From positions 1 through 48,333 of the forward strand of contig CAZJVP010000078.1 in the NCBI GenBank assembly GCA_964549615.1: DNA of 48,333 nt, written 5' to 3'. The position numbers and the translations under genes are program-made. The notes beneath the pieces are model-generated. The model did not search any database. It was given only the letters and a program-made list of their open reading frames with translations, and was not told where the DNA came from. The DNA is from an uncultured Thermococci archaeon. GTDB lineage: Archaea > CAYQAE01 > CAYVLA01. Shown here in pieces: positions 1-9,494 of the stretch (position 1 is its first letter; every line of letters begins with the position of its first letter).

Positions 1-675
<675 letters not shown>

Positions 676-882
676 CATGGTCGCAATAGCCCATTGCCAG
701 GGGGCCGAAATCCGCATCAAACCCAAAGAGCGCCTCTGCGCTCGGAACTTGGGTCCTCATCCCTGCACCATGGCGCGGATCCGGTCCATCAATGTAAGGC
801 AGACGCCACCCTCCGGACCGACGCCGATAAGAGCGCCATGAGTCCGTTCCCTAGGACGAACATCGTAGGTGGGCCTATTCAC

Positions 883-893
883 CTTAAAAATAT
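883..893 (-). promoter_or_regulatory. Probable TATA box of the rRNA promoter
   Basis: AT-rich ATATTTTTAAG on the minus strand ~210 nt upstream of the mature 16S 5' end, in an otherwise GC-rich spacer. Confidence 0.55.
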
Positions 894-948
894 TACCCAA
901 CCCTCCCCCTGGTGACTGCGGGACGCCCCTGGTAACCCGAGAATCGAA

Positions 949-1074
949 CGCTTTCCGGGGAACAAGGCACTCCTTGCCCCCTCCCGGCCGAGATTTGAAC
1001 CCGGGTCCTGGGAGTGACAGTCCCAGATGATTGGCCTCCCTCGATCGGCGAATAGGCCACTACACTACCGGGGC
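949..1074 (-). tRNA. tRNA-Asp(GUC) with two introns (1052-1031 at 21/22; 982-952 at 70/71)
   Basis: Anticodon arm TGGGA-CTGTCAC-TCCCA and T arm CCGGG-TTCAAAT-CTCGG. Removing both inserts gives a 73-nt cloverleaf with acceptor stem GCCCCGG/CCGGGGC and discriminator G73. Confidence 0.9.
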
Positions 1075-1194
1075 GCGCAACCCCTACGCCCGCAAGCGGC
1101 TGAAAAATTTTTCCAGCTGGCTTGCCCGAAGAAGCCGCAGGGGACCGTTCGGCGTTGCTACAATTTAAGATCAAGCCCAACGAACCCCCTACGC

Positions 1195-2742
1195 TTGCAG
1201 CATCGGAACGTTGCGAGGATCATCATCGAAGAGATCCTGAGCGGCAGGATCAAGGATCGCCAGGGCCTTGAGGCCAGGAAGCGCGGCCTGTCGGCAGAGT
1301 TCGGCCTCTCCGCGGTGCCTTCATCTTCCCTCATCCTCTCCCACGCTTTGCCGGAGGAGAGGGGAAGGGTACTCCCCCTTCTGCAGAAGAAGCCGACCAG
1401 GACGGGGTCAGGGGTGGCCGTAGTTGCCGTGCAGACCTCCCCTCTGATGGCATGTCCTGGGCGATGCATCTACTGCCCGGACTTCGCCGATGCGCCGAAG
1501 AGCTACACGGGGCGCGAGCCCGCATCCATGAGAGCGAAGCAGTGCAGCTTCGATCCATACCTCCAGGTCAGGGCACGGCTGCGACAGCTGGACGCCATGG
1601 GCCACCCCGTCTCGAAGGTCGAGCTGATCGTTCAGGGCGCGACCTTCCCCGCGATGGACCTAGGCTATCGGCGCTGGTTTGTGGCACGGTGCTTGGATGC
1701 GATGATCGATCACGGGCGGCCAAGCAGACGGCCAAGGTCGCTGAGACGCGCCCTAGCATCTTCCGAACGGTCCGGCGCAAGGCCGGTCGGGATCACCTAC
1801 GAGACGAGGCCGGATTGGTGCAGTGACGAACATATATCCGAGATGGTCGCCATGGGGGCCACGCGCCTTGAGATCGGAGTCCAGACGCTTTCCGACGAGG
1901 TCTACGATCTGGTCTCCCGTGGCCACCGCGTCTCCGAGGTGGCGGCGGCCTTCCAAAGGGCGCGGACCCACGGGCTGAAGATTTGCGCTCACATGATGCT
2001 GGGGCTTCCTGGTTCCGACGAAGCAGTGGACGTAGCTTCGTTCGAAAGGCTCTTCCAAGATCCCTCCTTCAGGCCCGATGAGCTGAAGATCTACCCCACT
2101 CTTGTCATCGAGGGCACGATTCTGCACAGGATGTGGCTTAGGGGCGAGTACAGCGCGCTTTCGGACGACGAGGCCCTAGCAAGGCTCATCAGGATAAAGC
2201 AGATCATCCCCGAGTGGGTAAGGGTAAAGCGGGTGATGCGCGACATACCTGCGGACATTGTTGTGGCGGGCCCGAAGCGGTCCGATATGCGGGCAATGGC
2301 TCTCTCGGCTCTGAGCGCGCAGGGAAAACGGTGTCGGTGCATAAGATGCAGGGAGGTCGGAAGGTCATCCGAGGTGCTTGCGCACCTCTCGTTCTGCGAG
2401 CGTTCCTATGCAGTATCGAGTGGCCGGGAGATCTTCCTCTCCTATGAGGATGAGCAAAAGGGTGTGATCGCAGCCTTTCTACGCCTGAGCGTGCTGGACG
2501 ACGGCCGCTGTCATGTTCGCGAGCTTCACACCTACGGTCGGGAGCTGACGGTGGGCGAGCATCCCCCGCCCGGCGTCTGGCAGCACAGGGGCCTGGGGAC
2601 CCAACTGCTGAGGGTGGCCGAGGAGAGGGCGGCGGATGCCGGGGCTCGCGTTCTTCATGTGACGAGCGGAATTGGCGCCAGGGAGTACTATCGGAGATTC
2701 GGCTATCGGCTCCGAGGTTTCTACATGTGCAAGAAGCTCTAG
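1195..2742 (+). CDS. elp3: tRNA uridine(34) acetyltransferase Elp3 (radical SAM + GNAT)
   Basis: KKPTRTGSGVAVVAV, CPGRCIYC, SYTGREPA, ETRPD, KIYPTLV, CRCIRCRE, VRELH, QHRGLG. TTG start chosen downstream of a TTTAAG box at ~1164. Confidence 0.95.
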   Translation: MQHRNVARIIIEEILSGRIKDRQGLEARKRGLSAEFGLSAVPSSSLILSHALPEERGRVLPLLQKKPTRTGSGVAVVAVQTSPLMACPGRCIYCPDFADAPKSYTGREPASMRAKQCSFDPYLQVRARLRQLDAMGHPVSKVELIVQGATFPAMDLGYRRWFVARCLDAMIDHGRPSRRPRSLRRALASSERSGARPVGITYETRPDWCSDEHISEMVAMGATRLEIGVQTLSDEVYDLVSRGHRVSEVAAAFQRARTHGLKICAHMMLGLPGSDEAVDVASFERLFQDPSFRPDELKIYPTLVIEGTILHRMWLRGEYSALSDDEALARLIRIKQIIPEWVRVKRVMRDIPADIVVAGPKRSDMRAMALSALSAQGKRCRCIRCREVGRSSEVLAHLSFCERSYAVSSGREIFLSYEDEQKGVIAAFLRLSVLDDGRCHVRELHTYGRELTVGEHPPPGVWQHRGLGTQLLRVAEERAADAGARVLHVTSGIGAREYYRRFGYRLRGFYMCKKL

Positions 2743-3410
2743 GCTCGCTTGCCAAGGCGAAGAAGGGCTGTCCCGGCCGACCTAGAGGCAAACCTCACGG
2801 AAAAGCCAATGGGCGGCGGCCGACCCTGAGCCCTTGATCGACCGTTCGCGATCTCGGATATGAAGCCGTCGATGGTCCCGCTTTCCGCGACCGTAAGTCC
2901 CAAGCCCACCATCTCGTACGAGTGCGCGTCGCTACCCCCGGTCGTCGGCAGCCCGTACTTAACGGCGAACTTGCGGGCCACAAGGTTCGGATAGATCAGG
3001 ACGGACGCCATTGCGTTGAAGGTCTCCACGGCCAGCCGGAGTTCCCTCGCGAGCCAGCTAACGGATATGGTGGAGATGTAGAAGGGATGCGGAGCCGAAA
3101 CCACGCCGCCCTCGGACCTGACCTGGTCCACAACCTCCTCGGGCTCCGGCCTCTCCGGCCAGTCGCGATCGACCCCGAGAACCAGAAGGTGGCCGCGCGT
3201 TGTGGATACCTCGCACGCGGGTATGACCAGCGGGTCTCCGGGCTTCCTGATCCGTGCTGTTTCGCGGTAGCCCTCCATCGTGTCGTGGTCAGAGATGCAC
3301 ACGCCATCGATTCCGGCCTTGTTTGCCGCCTTCAAGATCAGGCTGGGCTCGGATCTGTCGGGACTCGATTCCATGCTATAGCTCGAGTGAACGTGGGTGT
3401 CAACTCTCAT
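2739..3410 (-). CDS. PHP-domain metal-dependent phosphoesterase
   Basis: DTHVHS, ISDHD, EVST, GHLL, APHPF, GGSDAH motifs. Confidence 0.9.
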   Translation of the reverse strand: MRVDTHVHSSYSMESSPDRSEPSLILKAANKAGIDGVCISDHDTMEGYRETARIRKPGDPLVIPACEVSTTRGHLLVLGVDRDWPERPEPEEVVDQVRSEGGVVSAPHPFYISTISVSWLARELRLAVETFNAMASVLIYPNLVARKFAVKYGLPTTGGSDAHSYEMVGLGLTVAESGTIDGFISEIANGRSRAQGRPPPIGFSVRFASRSAGTALLRLGKRA

Positions 3411-3590
3411 CTTTATACCTTTTGAAGGCTGCTGGTGCCCACTTTAGCCGCAAAAGGGCCGGATTGAGCTCTTTTTCCCGAAAAAGCGGGGATAGACGCC
3501 TGCATGAAACATTTATTAAGTGTATCGATCGAGCGCCACCGTTCGGAGCCCGTCGTGATCGATCTCGGCGTCGATCGGAGGTGCCCTCGT

Positions 3591-5744
3591 TTGAGAAGAC
3601 TTGCAAGTTCGGTCGTTACCCTGATCGTTCTGTTTAGCTTCGTGACCGTTCTCTCCTTTCCGGCTACCGCAAAGCTGGCGAAGACGAAGTCGAACCTCAA
3701 GGTCCTGATCCTGAAGATCCCTGAGACGGGTGCCGGCACCGAGCAGTACTGGACCGCCGAGGAGGCCAGGAAGTTCAACAACGTGAGCCGGTGGCTTCTT
3801 GATCTTTATGGAATTCCTTACGACGAGTTGGACGCAACGGCCCTGACTCGCGAAACCTTGTATGACGGGACCGACCTTAAGTACTCCGTGATCTTGGATA
3901 ACGGGAACAGGCTCGACGAGCTAGACAAGGACGAGATCGTCCTGGAGGCGGTTAAGAACGACGGGCTGGGACTCGTGATGCACACGATCTCCTCCATGTA
4001 CATAAGGGAGGCTCTGAGGCTTCAGGACCGGCCCTCCCAGGGTTGGAAGGACCAGCAGATCGTCGGCGAGTTCTCGGTGACGAACGACCTGCACTACATC
4101 ACCCGGATGTTCTACGCGCCCATCGAACACGTCACGCACAACCTGGCCGGACAGCAGAGGACCGCGGAGAGCTATGCCCATGGAATCCGGATAGAGAAGA
4201 GGAAGGACCAGAGATTCGCAGTCGCCAATCTCGTGAAGCAGACCGGCGAAACAACGACGGGGGTCGAAAAGGGCACGCTGGCGCCGGAGATCATCGCGAA
4301 GCGCTACGGAGCCGGAAGGGTGGTTTGGTTCGCCCGCCCCTACTACGTCTATCTCAAGGGCAGTTACTTCTTCGTGGAGAGGGACTACAGCATGGCCTTC
4401 CTTGTCGCAAGGGCCTTGGAGTGGGCCTCGCAGAACGGCGTGCTCGCTTCGAAGGCGCTGTATCCTTACGGAAACTGGTTTGCCTACGCGCTGATCATGG
4501 ACGGCTACTACGACTTCCCGCCGCCAGGCTATTCCCTGAACGTGACCGTGCCCAAGAACTTTGACGAACTGATCAGGAACTACAAGGTGGTTGAGGACAT
4601 AGTTGAGAGCCTCGGGCTCAAGTACACGGCAGCCGTCATCTTCAGGAACAACAACACGCTGGGCTGGGACGCTGGCTACAACTTGACGTACTGGGATGCT
4701 GGCAAGGCGGCACTTGTTGAGAGGGCGCGAAACGGGCATGAGCTTGCCCTAGGCGCCTTCGATTACGTCGACTACGGCAGGATTGCCAAGCAGAGCATCA
4801 GGGAGGCAGCCGCGCTCCTGAAGAAGGGCCGGCAGGCTATGGCCTCGGTCTTTGGGGTGGAATCACCGCTCTACGTCTTCAGCTTCGTCCCGGAGGAGGT
4901 GCTAATCTCCGACGATGCCTATCTGGCGGCTTTCGAGGCAGGGTTTGAAGTGATGGTGGGCGGCATCTACAAGACCGACTTTCCTTACGACCTCTACGGG
5001 TCGATCTACCCGTTCTATCTGAACGGCGCATATGAGGAGGTCGCCGAGGGTTGGCGCCCCAGGGCGGTCGTGGTGGAGAACAACTTCTACTTCGATGCTA
5101 CCACCGAGGCAACCGACCTCTACTACTGGGAGGACGTCTACAAGCGGGGCGGCGCCTTGGTGACCAGGCTCGTTCCGTGGGGCATCTACAACCTTCCCAT
5201 AACCCTTTCCAGGTTCAAGGCGCACGTCGAGGAGATCCGCAGCAAGTACTCGGACGTATGGTGGACGACGGTCGGCGAACTCGGCAGGTACTTCCTTGAC
5301 AGGACGAACGTTAAGATCTCCGCGACCTCCGAGGACGGCGGAGGAACCATCTATGTCACCGTCAAGAACAACGGCGAGAACCCGATCCAAGGCTTCACGG
5401 TCAAGGTTAGGCTTGACGACCAGAGCAGGTCGGAGTATCAGTATGCCTCAAGGCCGATGAAGGTTAAGTCGGTGAAGGAGGGGGGCCAGAAGCTTGAGAG
5501 GGGCAAGAACTGGGAGCTCAAGGATGAGGTCGAGGGCAAGTACTACGGCGCGATCTACATTTGGGAGGACCTCGAACCCGGCCAGGAGCGGACCTTCGAG
5601 ATAAAGAGCGCGAGAGGCCTAGTCCTTCCGTGGGCCCAGATACTCATGTTTCCCATATTCTTCCTCGGCGTCTTTCTTGCATGGTACCTTCTGATCAAGA
5701 ACCCGCCGAAGCCGCCCGAGGAAGAGACCGTGAAGGGTGCCTAG
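3591..5744 (+). CDS. Secreted, C-terminally membrane-anchored protein with GATase-like and degenerate polysaccharide-deacetylase-like domains
   Basis: GGAGGTG SD before TTG; N-terminal signal peptide; LDLYGIPYD and YGAGRVVWF segments; GHELAL and VWWTTVGEL NodB-like segments; C-terminal TM helix. Confidence 0.7.
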   Translation: MRRLASSVVTLIVLFSFVTVLSFPATAKLAKTKSNLKVLILKIPETGAGTEQYWTAEEARKFNNVSRWLLDLYGIPYDELDATALTRETLYDGTDLKYSVILDNGNRLDELDKDEIVLEAVKNDGLGLVMHTISSMYIREALRLQDRPSQGWKDQQIVGEFSVTNDLHYITRMFYAPIEHVTHNLAGQQRTAESYAHGIRIEKRKDQRFAVANLVKQTGETTTGVEKGTLAPEIIAKRYGAGRVVWFARPYYVYLKGSYFFVERDYSMAFLVARALEWASQNGVLASKALYPYGNWFAYALIMDGYYDFPPPGYSLNVTVPKNFDELIRNYKVVEDIVESLGLKYTAAVIFRNNNTLGWDAGYNLTYWDAGKAALVERARNGHELALGAFDYVDYGRIAKQSIREAAALLKKGRQAMASVFGVESPLYVFSFVPEEVLISDDAYLAAFEAGFEVMVGGIYKTDFPYDLYGSIYPFYLNGAYEEVAEGWRPRAVVVENNFYFDATTEATDLYYWEDVYKRGGALVTRLVPWGIYNLPITLSRFKAHVEEIRSKYSDVWWTTVGELGRYFLDRTNVKISATSEDGGGTIYVTVKNNGENPIQGFTVKVRLDDQSRSEYQYASRPMKVKSVKEGGQKLERGKNWELKDEVEGKYYGAIYIWEDLEPGQERTFEIKSARGLVLPWAQILMFPIFFLGVFLAWYLLIKNPPKPPEEETVKGA

Positions 5745-6220
5745 GCGCCGGCGCTCGGTTCAGCGCTCGCGATGGCGATCATTCTGATATGGGGAACGGG
5801 TAGGTCCTCCAGAAATCCAACGATCCTGAACGTTCCCAGAGTTCGAGGCTTGCCAACCAGTCTGCTGGGATCGGCCGGGACGACGCGCGCCCCGTTCGCT
5901 CCCAGCCTTTCCAGTACATCCCCAGTTCCGGTGGCTTGGATCCTTGCATCCCCATCAGCCAAGAGCAGGGCAGGTGGGTTCTGCAGCCCTGTGAACTCGA
6001 CGATCTCAGCCGTCGCGACCGTCTCGAACAGCGTTCCGGGACGCACCTCGCCGGTCAAGATCGCGCGCAGATCGATCGCCTGCGGCCGTCCAAAGCCTTG
6101 GGCCCGCGTGAACGCGTAGGAAAGAAGCAGGGATATGGCGAAAACGACCCCGATCGCGATCAGCGGCAGGAGCGGATTCACCGGCTCACCGAACCGGCCT
6201 GTTTGCACTACGTGTTCCAC
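5741..6220 (-). CDS. Hypothetical membrane-anchored protein (possible OB-like domain)
   Basis: ORF with an N-terminal TM helix (LLPLIAIGVVFAISLLLSYAF), divergent from a shared TATATAAAA box at ~6235; start uncertain. Confidence 0.55.
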   Translation of the reverse strand: MEHVVQTGRFGEPVNPLLPLIAIGVVFAISLLLSYAFTRAQGFGRPQAIDLRAILTGEVRPGTLFETVATAEIVEFTGLQNPPALLLADGDARIQATGTGDVLERLGANGARVVPADPSRLVGKPRTLGTFRIVGFLEDLPVPHIRMIAIASAEPSAGA

Positions 6221-6266
6221 TTCTACCCCCGTCATATATAAAAAGAAAGCGGCCGATACCGGTTCC

Positions 6267-6581
6267 GTGCCCTGCTGGGTCCTGTCGGTCACGCTGTCAG
6301 ATCTCAACGTTGCCCTCCTGATCGTGCTGGCGGTAGCCGTGGCATTCTTTCTCTTCGGAGCGTGGAAGACGCTTGAATCTCACAGGGCCAAGGTGACGAC
6401 GGGCAGGGAGGGTCTCATAGGGCAGACCGGCAAGGCCATATCCGACCTAGAACCGGAGGGGCAGGTCGAAGTTCGGGGCGAGATATGGCGGGCCGTGGCA
6501 GTTGGGAAAAGCATCCGGGAAGGCTCCCGGGTCGCGGTCGTCGAGGAGAAGGACCTTACCCTATACGTCAGGGAGTCCTAG
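6267..6581 (+). CDS. NfeD family protein (short form, C-terminal OB fold)
   Basis: TM helix, then TGREGLIG..G.V.V.GE.W.A motif. Confidence 0.85.
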   Translation: MPCWVLSVTLSDLNVALLIVLAVAVAFFLFGAWKTLESHRAKVTTGREGLIGQTGKAISDLEPEGQVEVRGEIWRAVAVGKSIREGSRVAVVEEKDLTLYVRES

Positions 6582-7210
6582 GTCCCAACGAACCGGTCGA
6601 GCGTCTTCAGGCCCCTAGCCCTCGCCCAGTGCACCTCAAGACCATCGGGGCCGTCCTCCACGAGCCGGCCCAGAGATCGGAAATCCTCGCGCAGGACCTC
6701 CTTGAGCTTCGGGTCGTAGAGGGATGCAGCGGGATGTAGGGTCGGGAAGAAGACGATCCCCCTGGCCATGAGCGGCCTGCCCCTCAGCCGCGTCACGGAT
6801 CCCGAGTCGGCGAGGGTCCTCAAGGCGATGGCGCCCAGCGTGCAGATCAGCCGCGGCCTGATGACGTCGATCTGCGCGACAAGATGCGGGCGGCAAGATA
6901 GGATCTCATCCCTCCTGGGAGGCCGGTTGTGAGGCGGCCGGCACTTCAACACGTTCGTGATGAACACCGAGTTCCTGCGGATTCCTGCGACGGCAAACAA
7001 TTCGTCCAGGAAACGGCCGGCAGGACCGACGAAAGGCCGGCCCTCCTGATCCTCATGGAACCCGGGGGCCTCGCCGACGAACATCACCCAGGACGGGCTG
7101 CCCTCCCCTGGCACCGCATTATTGCGGGTCCTCCAAAGCTCGCAACCCCGGCAGGCCCTTATCGAATTGGATATCTCGCACAGCTTTGAGGACTGGTCGC
7201 TTTCTTGCAT
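6578..7210 (-). CDS. udg: Uracil-DNA glycosylase family 4 (Fe-S)
   Basis: CRGCEL, GEAPG, GRPFVG, NVLKCRPP, HPA motifs; the reading frame is open further upstream, so the start may lie earlier. Confidence 0.92.
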   Translation of the reverse strand: MQESDQSSKLCEISNSIRACRGCELWRTRNNAVPGEGSPSWVMFVGEAPGFHEDQEGRPFVGPAGRFLDELFAVAGIRRNSVFITNVLKCRPPHNRPPRRDEILSCRPHLVAQIDVIRPRLICTLGAIALRTLADSGSVTRLRGRPLMARGIVFFPTLHPAASLYDPKLKEVLREDFRSLGRLVEDGPDGLEVHWARARGLKTLDRFVGT

Positions 7211-7441
7211 CAGGCCGCCAGCGTACTGCCTGGATACTCTTATCTGCTTTGGTCGCGGGGCCGCGTCCTCGGCCACTTGGAGGGCTTCCTCCTTGGAGGG
7301 AGGGAACTCAACGAAGGAAGGTTTCAATAGCGGATGATGCAATGATCTTGCTACTAATGCGAAAGATTAATAAGCAAGCGTAACATTATGCAAACCGCGA
7401 CGGCGCATAGGTCCTCGGCCTCGGGTTGTGGAACATTTCAC

Positions 7442-8602
7442 TCAACACGAACTACGATGTGCCGAAGACCTGCCGCCGCCCTTTCTTCCGCGTCTCAGCC
7501 CACCAACGTCGATCTTGACCCCCAGTCCAGGTCCCCCGGCGACGGCGGTTCCCCCTTCGACGATAGGCCCCGCCGCAAGGTGGTCGATGATGAACTGAGG
7601 CCCATTGAGATCGACGGGATGGCTGAGGCCGGCCGCAGCAAACAGCTGGGCGCTGGCTGAAAATCCGACCATTCCCTCCGTCAGGCCGCTTCCCAGAACC
7701 TCTAAGCCAGACTCGCGGGCCACCTCGATCATCTTTCTCGCCGGAAAGACTCCTCCAGACTTCGCGGTCTTCGCCACGACCGCACCCTCAAACCCTAGGG
7801 AGACGAAATCGACGAGGTCCTTGTCGGTGAAGACGGACTCGTCTATCGCGACGGTCACGGGCGAGGATCGCGATAGCTTGATGAGACCAGATCGGTCCGT
7901 GGACGCCAGAGGCTGCTCAAGGAACTGCAGGTCAGACTTGGCCGCCTCTCGCGATAGCTTGATGGCATCCTGAAGATGGTATGCCTGGTTGGCGTTTGCC
8001 CAAAGCATGTACCCGCCGGCCTCTTCCTTGCACGCCGAGATGATCTCAAGGTCCCTTTCGACCCCCTTTCCGATCTTTATCTTGAACCCACGGAACCCTT
8101 TCTTTTTGCCCAGCCGGACCTGGTTGGCCGCCTCGTCTTCGGAAGATGCGCTGACCAGATATGTCAGGTTGATCTTGGCTTGGCCGCGCCCGCCGAGGAA
8201 CTCAAACAACGACACGCCTTCGGCACGGCAGATGAGATCGTGGGCCGCAATGTCGATGCCCGACTTGGCGATGGGCTGCCCCCTAGTTATGCCCCCCGCG
8301 ATGACGGCATCCATCCGGCGATGCAGCCCTGGGATGTCTTCTGGATCGTGTCCCTCTATGCACGGCCTCAGGTAGTTCTCCAGCGTCGTGACCACGGTCT
8401 CCTTGGTCTCATACGACCAAAGGTTGCTGGGCCTGCACTCGCCCCAGCCCTGGCTCCCAGAAGAAGATCTCAACGAGACGAGGACGTGGGGGGCGAGCTC
8501 GCCGATCGCCCCGATCTTTCCCCGGGATATCCCGAAAGAGGCTTTGAACCGGTAAGAGGCGGGGTGGACGACCATTTTTTCGACGATCAAACCGATCCGC
8601 AC
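7442..8602 (-). CDS. Enolase superfamily, muconate-lactonizing/dipeptide epimerase subgroup
   Basis: GWGE, KIKIG, EQP, DES, KxxKxGG, PGLG motifs. Confidence 0.88.
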   Translation of the reverse strand: MRIGLIVEKMVVHPASYRFKASFGISRGKIGAIGELAPHVLVSLRSSSGSQGWGECRPSNLWSYETKETVVTTLENYLRPCIEGHDPEDIPGLHRRMDAVIAGGITRGQPIAKSGIDIAAHDLICRAEGVSLFEFLGGRGQAKINLTYLVSASSEDEAANQVRLGKKKGFRGFKIKIGKGVERDLEIISACKEEAGGYMLWANANQAYHLQDAIKLSREAAKSDLQFLEQPLASTDRSGLIKLSRSSPVTVAIDESVFTDKDLVDFVSLGFEGAVVAKTAKSGGVFPARKMIEVARESGLEVLGSGLTEGMVGFSASAQLFAAAGLSHPVDLNGPQFIIDHLAAGPIVEGGTAVAGGPGLGVKIDVGGLRRGRKGGGRSSAHRSSC

Positions 8603-8689
8603 CGGCTCTAAGGCTGCGCTGATAAAGGAAATCCGATCGCCTTTGATGCTCGGTCCCTTGAATCTGGCAGAGCTATTCCAAGGGAGGCA

Positions 8690-9376
8690 TCAGAGCCTTA
8701 GGGCATGGAATATGAGGAGGCCCCCCATGACGGCCAACACCATTCCTGCAGCTGCGTTCACCGCCTTATGGTTGCGCTTGAACCAGTCCAGGGTCCCAAG
8801 GACGCGATTGTAAAGGACCCCTGTCAGGAGGAATGGAATCCCCAGACCCACCGAGTATGCGGAAAGGAGCGTCACACCTTTGCCCAAGGAACCGCTTGCT
8901 GCTGCGTAGGCCAGCACGGACGACAGCACGGGTCCCACGCACGGCGTCCAGCCCAAAGCGAAGGCCGCGCCCGTCACGAGGGCCGCGAAAGGCCCCAGAG
9001 GGGAAAGGGCCGCGGGGAGGTTTATCCTCCTGACCGTGCTCAGAGGCGGGATTCTGATCAAGCCGGAGACGAAAAGCCCCATGATGACGACGAGGGTCCC
9101 GAGCACGCCGTTCAGAAGCCTTCTTCCGCGAACGAACCACTGGCCTAGGGTTGACGCGGTCGCGCCCATGAGGACGAACACCAGGGAGAATCCGAGGACG
9201 AAGAGGCCGCACTTAAGGAGCGTGCCTTCGGATCCGCCTCTCTCGTGCAATTGTTGGGTAGTCAGCCCCGTGACTATGGAGAGGTAGGCCGGAATGAGGG
9301 GAAGCACGCAGGGCGAAAGGAAGGATATGACGCCGGCAGCTAGCGCTGCGAGGATGCCGACATCTCCCATCGCCAT
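8690..9376 (-). CDS. ccdA: CcdA (DsbD transmembrane domain) thiol-disulfide transporter
   Basis: SFLSPCVLPL and GWTPCVGP; about six TM helices. Confidence 0.92.
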   Translation of the reverse strand: MAMGDVGILAALAAGVISFLSPCVLPLIPAYLSIVTGLTTQQLHERGGSEGTLLKCGLFVLGFSLVFVLMGATASTLGQWFVRGRRLLNGVLGTLVVIMGLFVSGLIRIPPLSTVRRINLPAALSPLGPFAALVTGAAFALGWTPCVGPVLSSVLAYAAASGSLGKGVTLLSAYSVGLGIPFLLTGVLYNRVLGTLDWFKRNHKAVNAAAGMVLAVMGGLLIFHALRL

Positions 9377-9494
9377 GCAGTTGGCACGAAGATGTAGCGC
9401 TGAAATATGTCAGCTGGAAAAGCGGGGTTCGTAGTCGTTACGGGGTGTAAGAAATATCAGTCGGTTCCTCGGCACAGATCGAGGCGGTGGTTGG

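Noticed and set aside
921-950. TTCGATTCTCGGGTTACCAGGGGCG as an alternative 3' half or attR-like duplicate of tRNA-Asp
   Set aside because: Spacing does not give a valid acceptor stem and no integrase is nearby; kept only as a possible refolding element
952-987. Perfect BHB register using CCGG/CCGG as the central helix
   Set aside because: Cleavage in that register would give CCGGGAAGCG, which does not restore the acceptor stem
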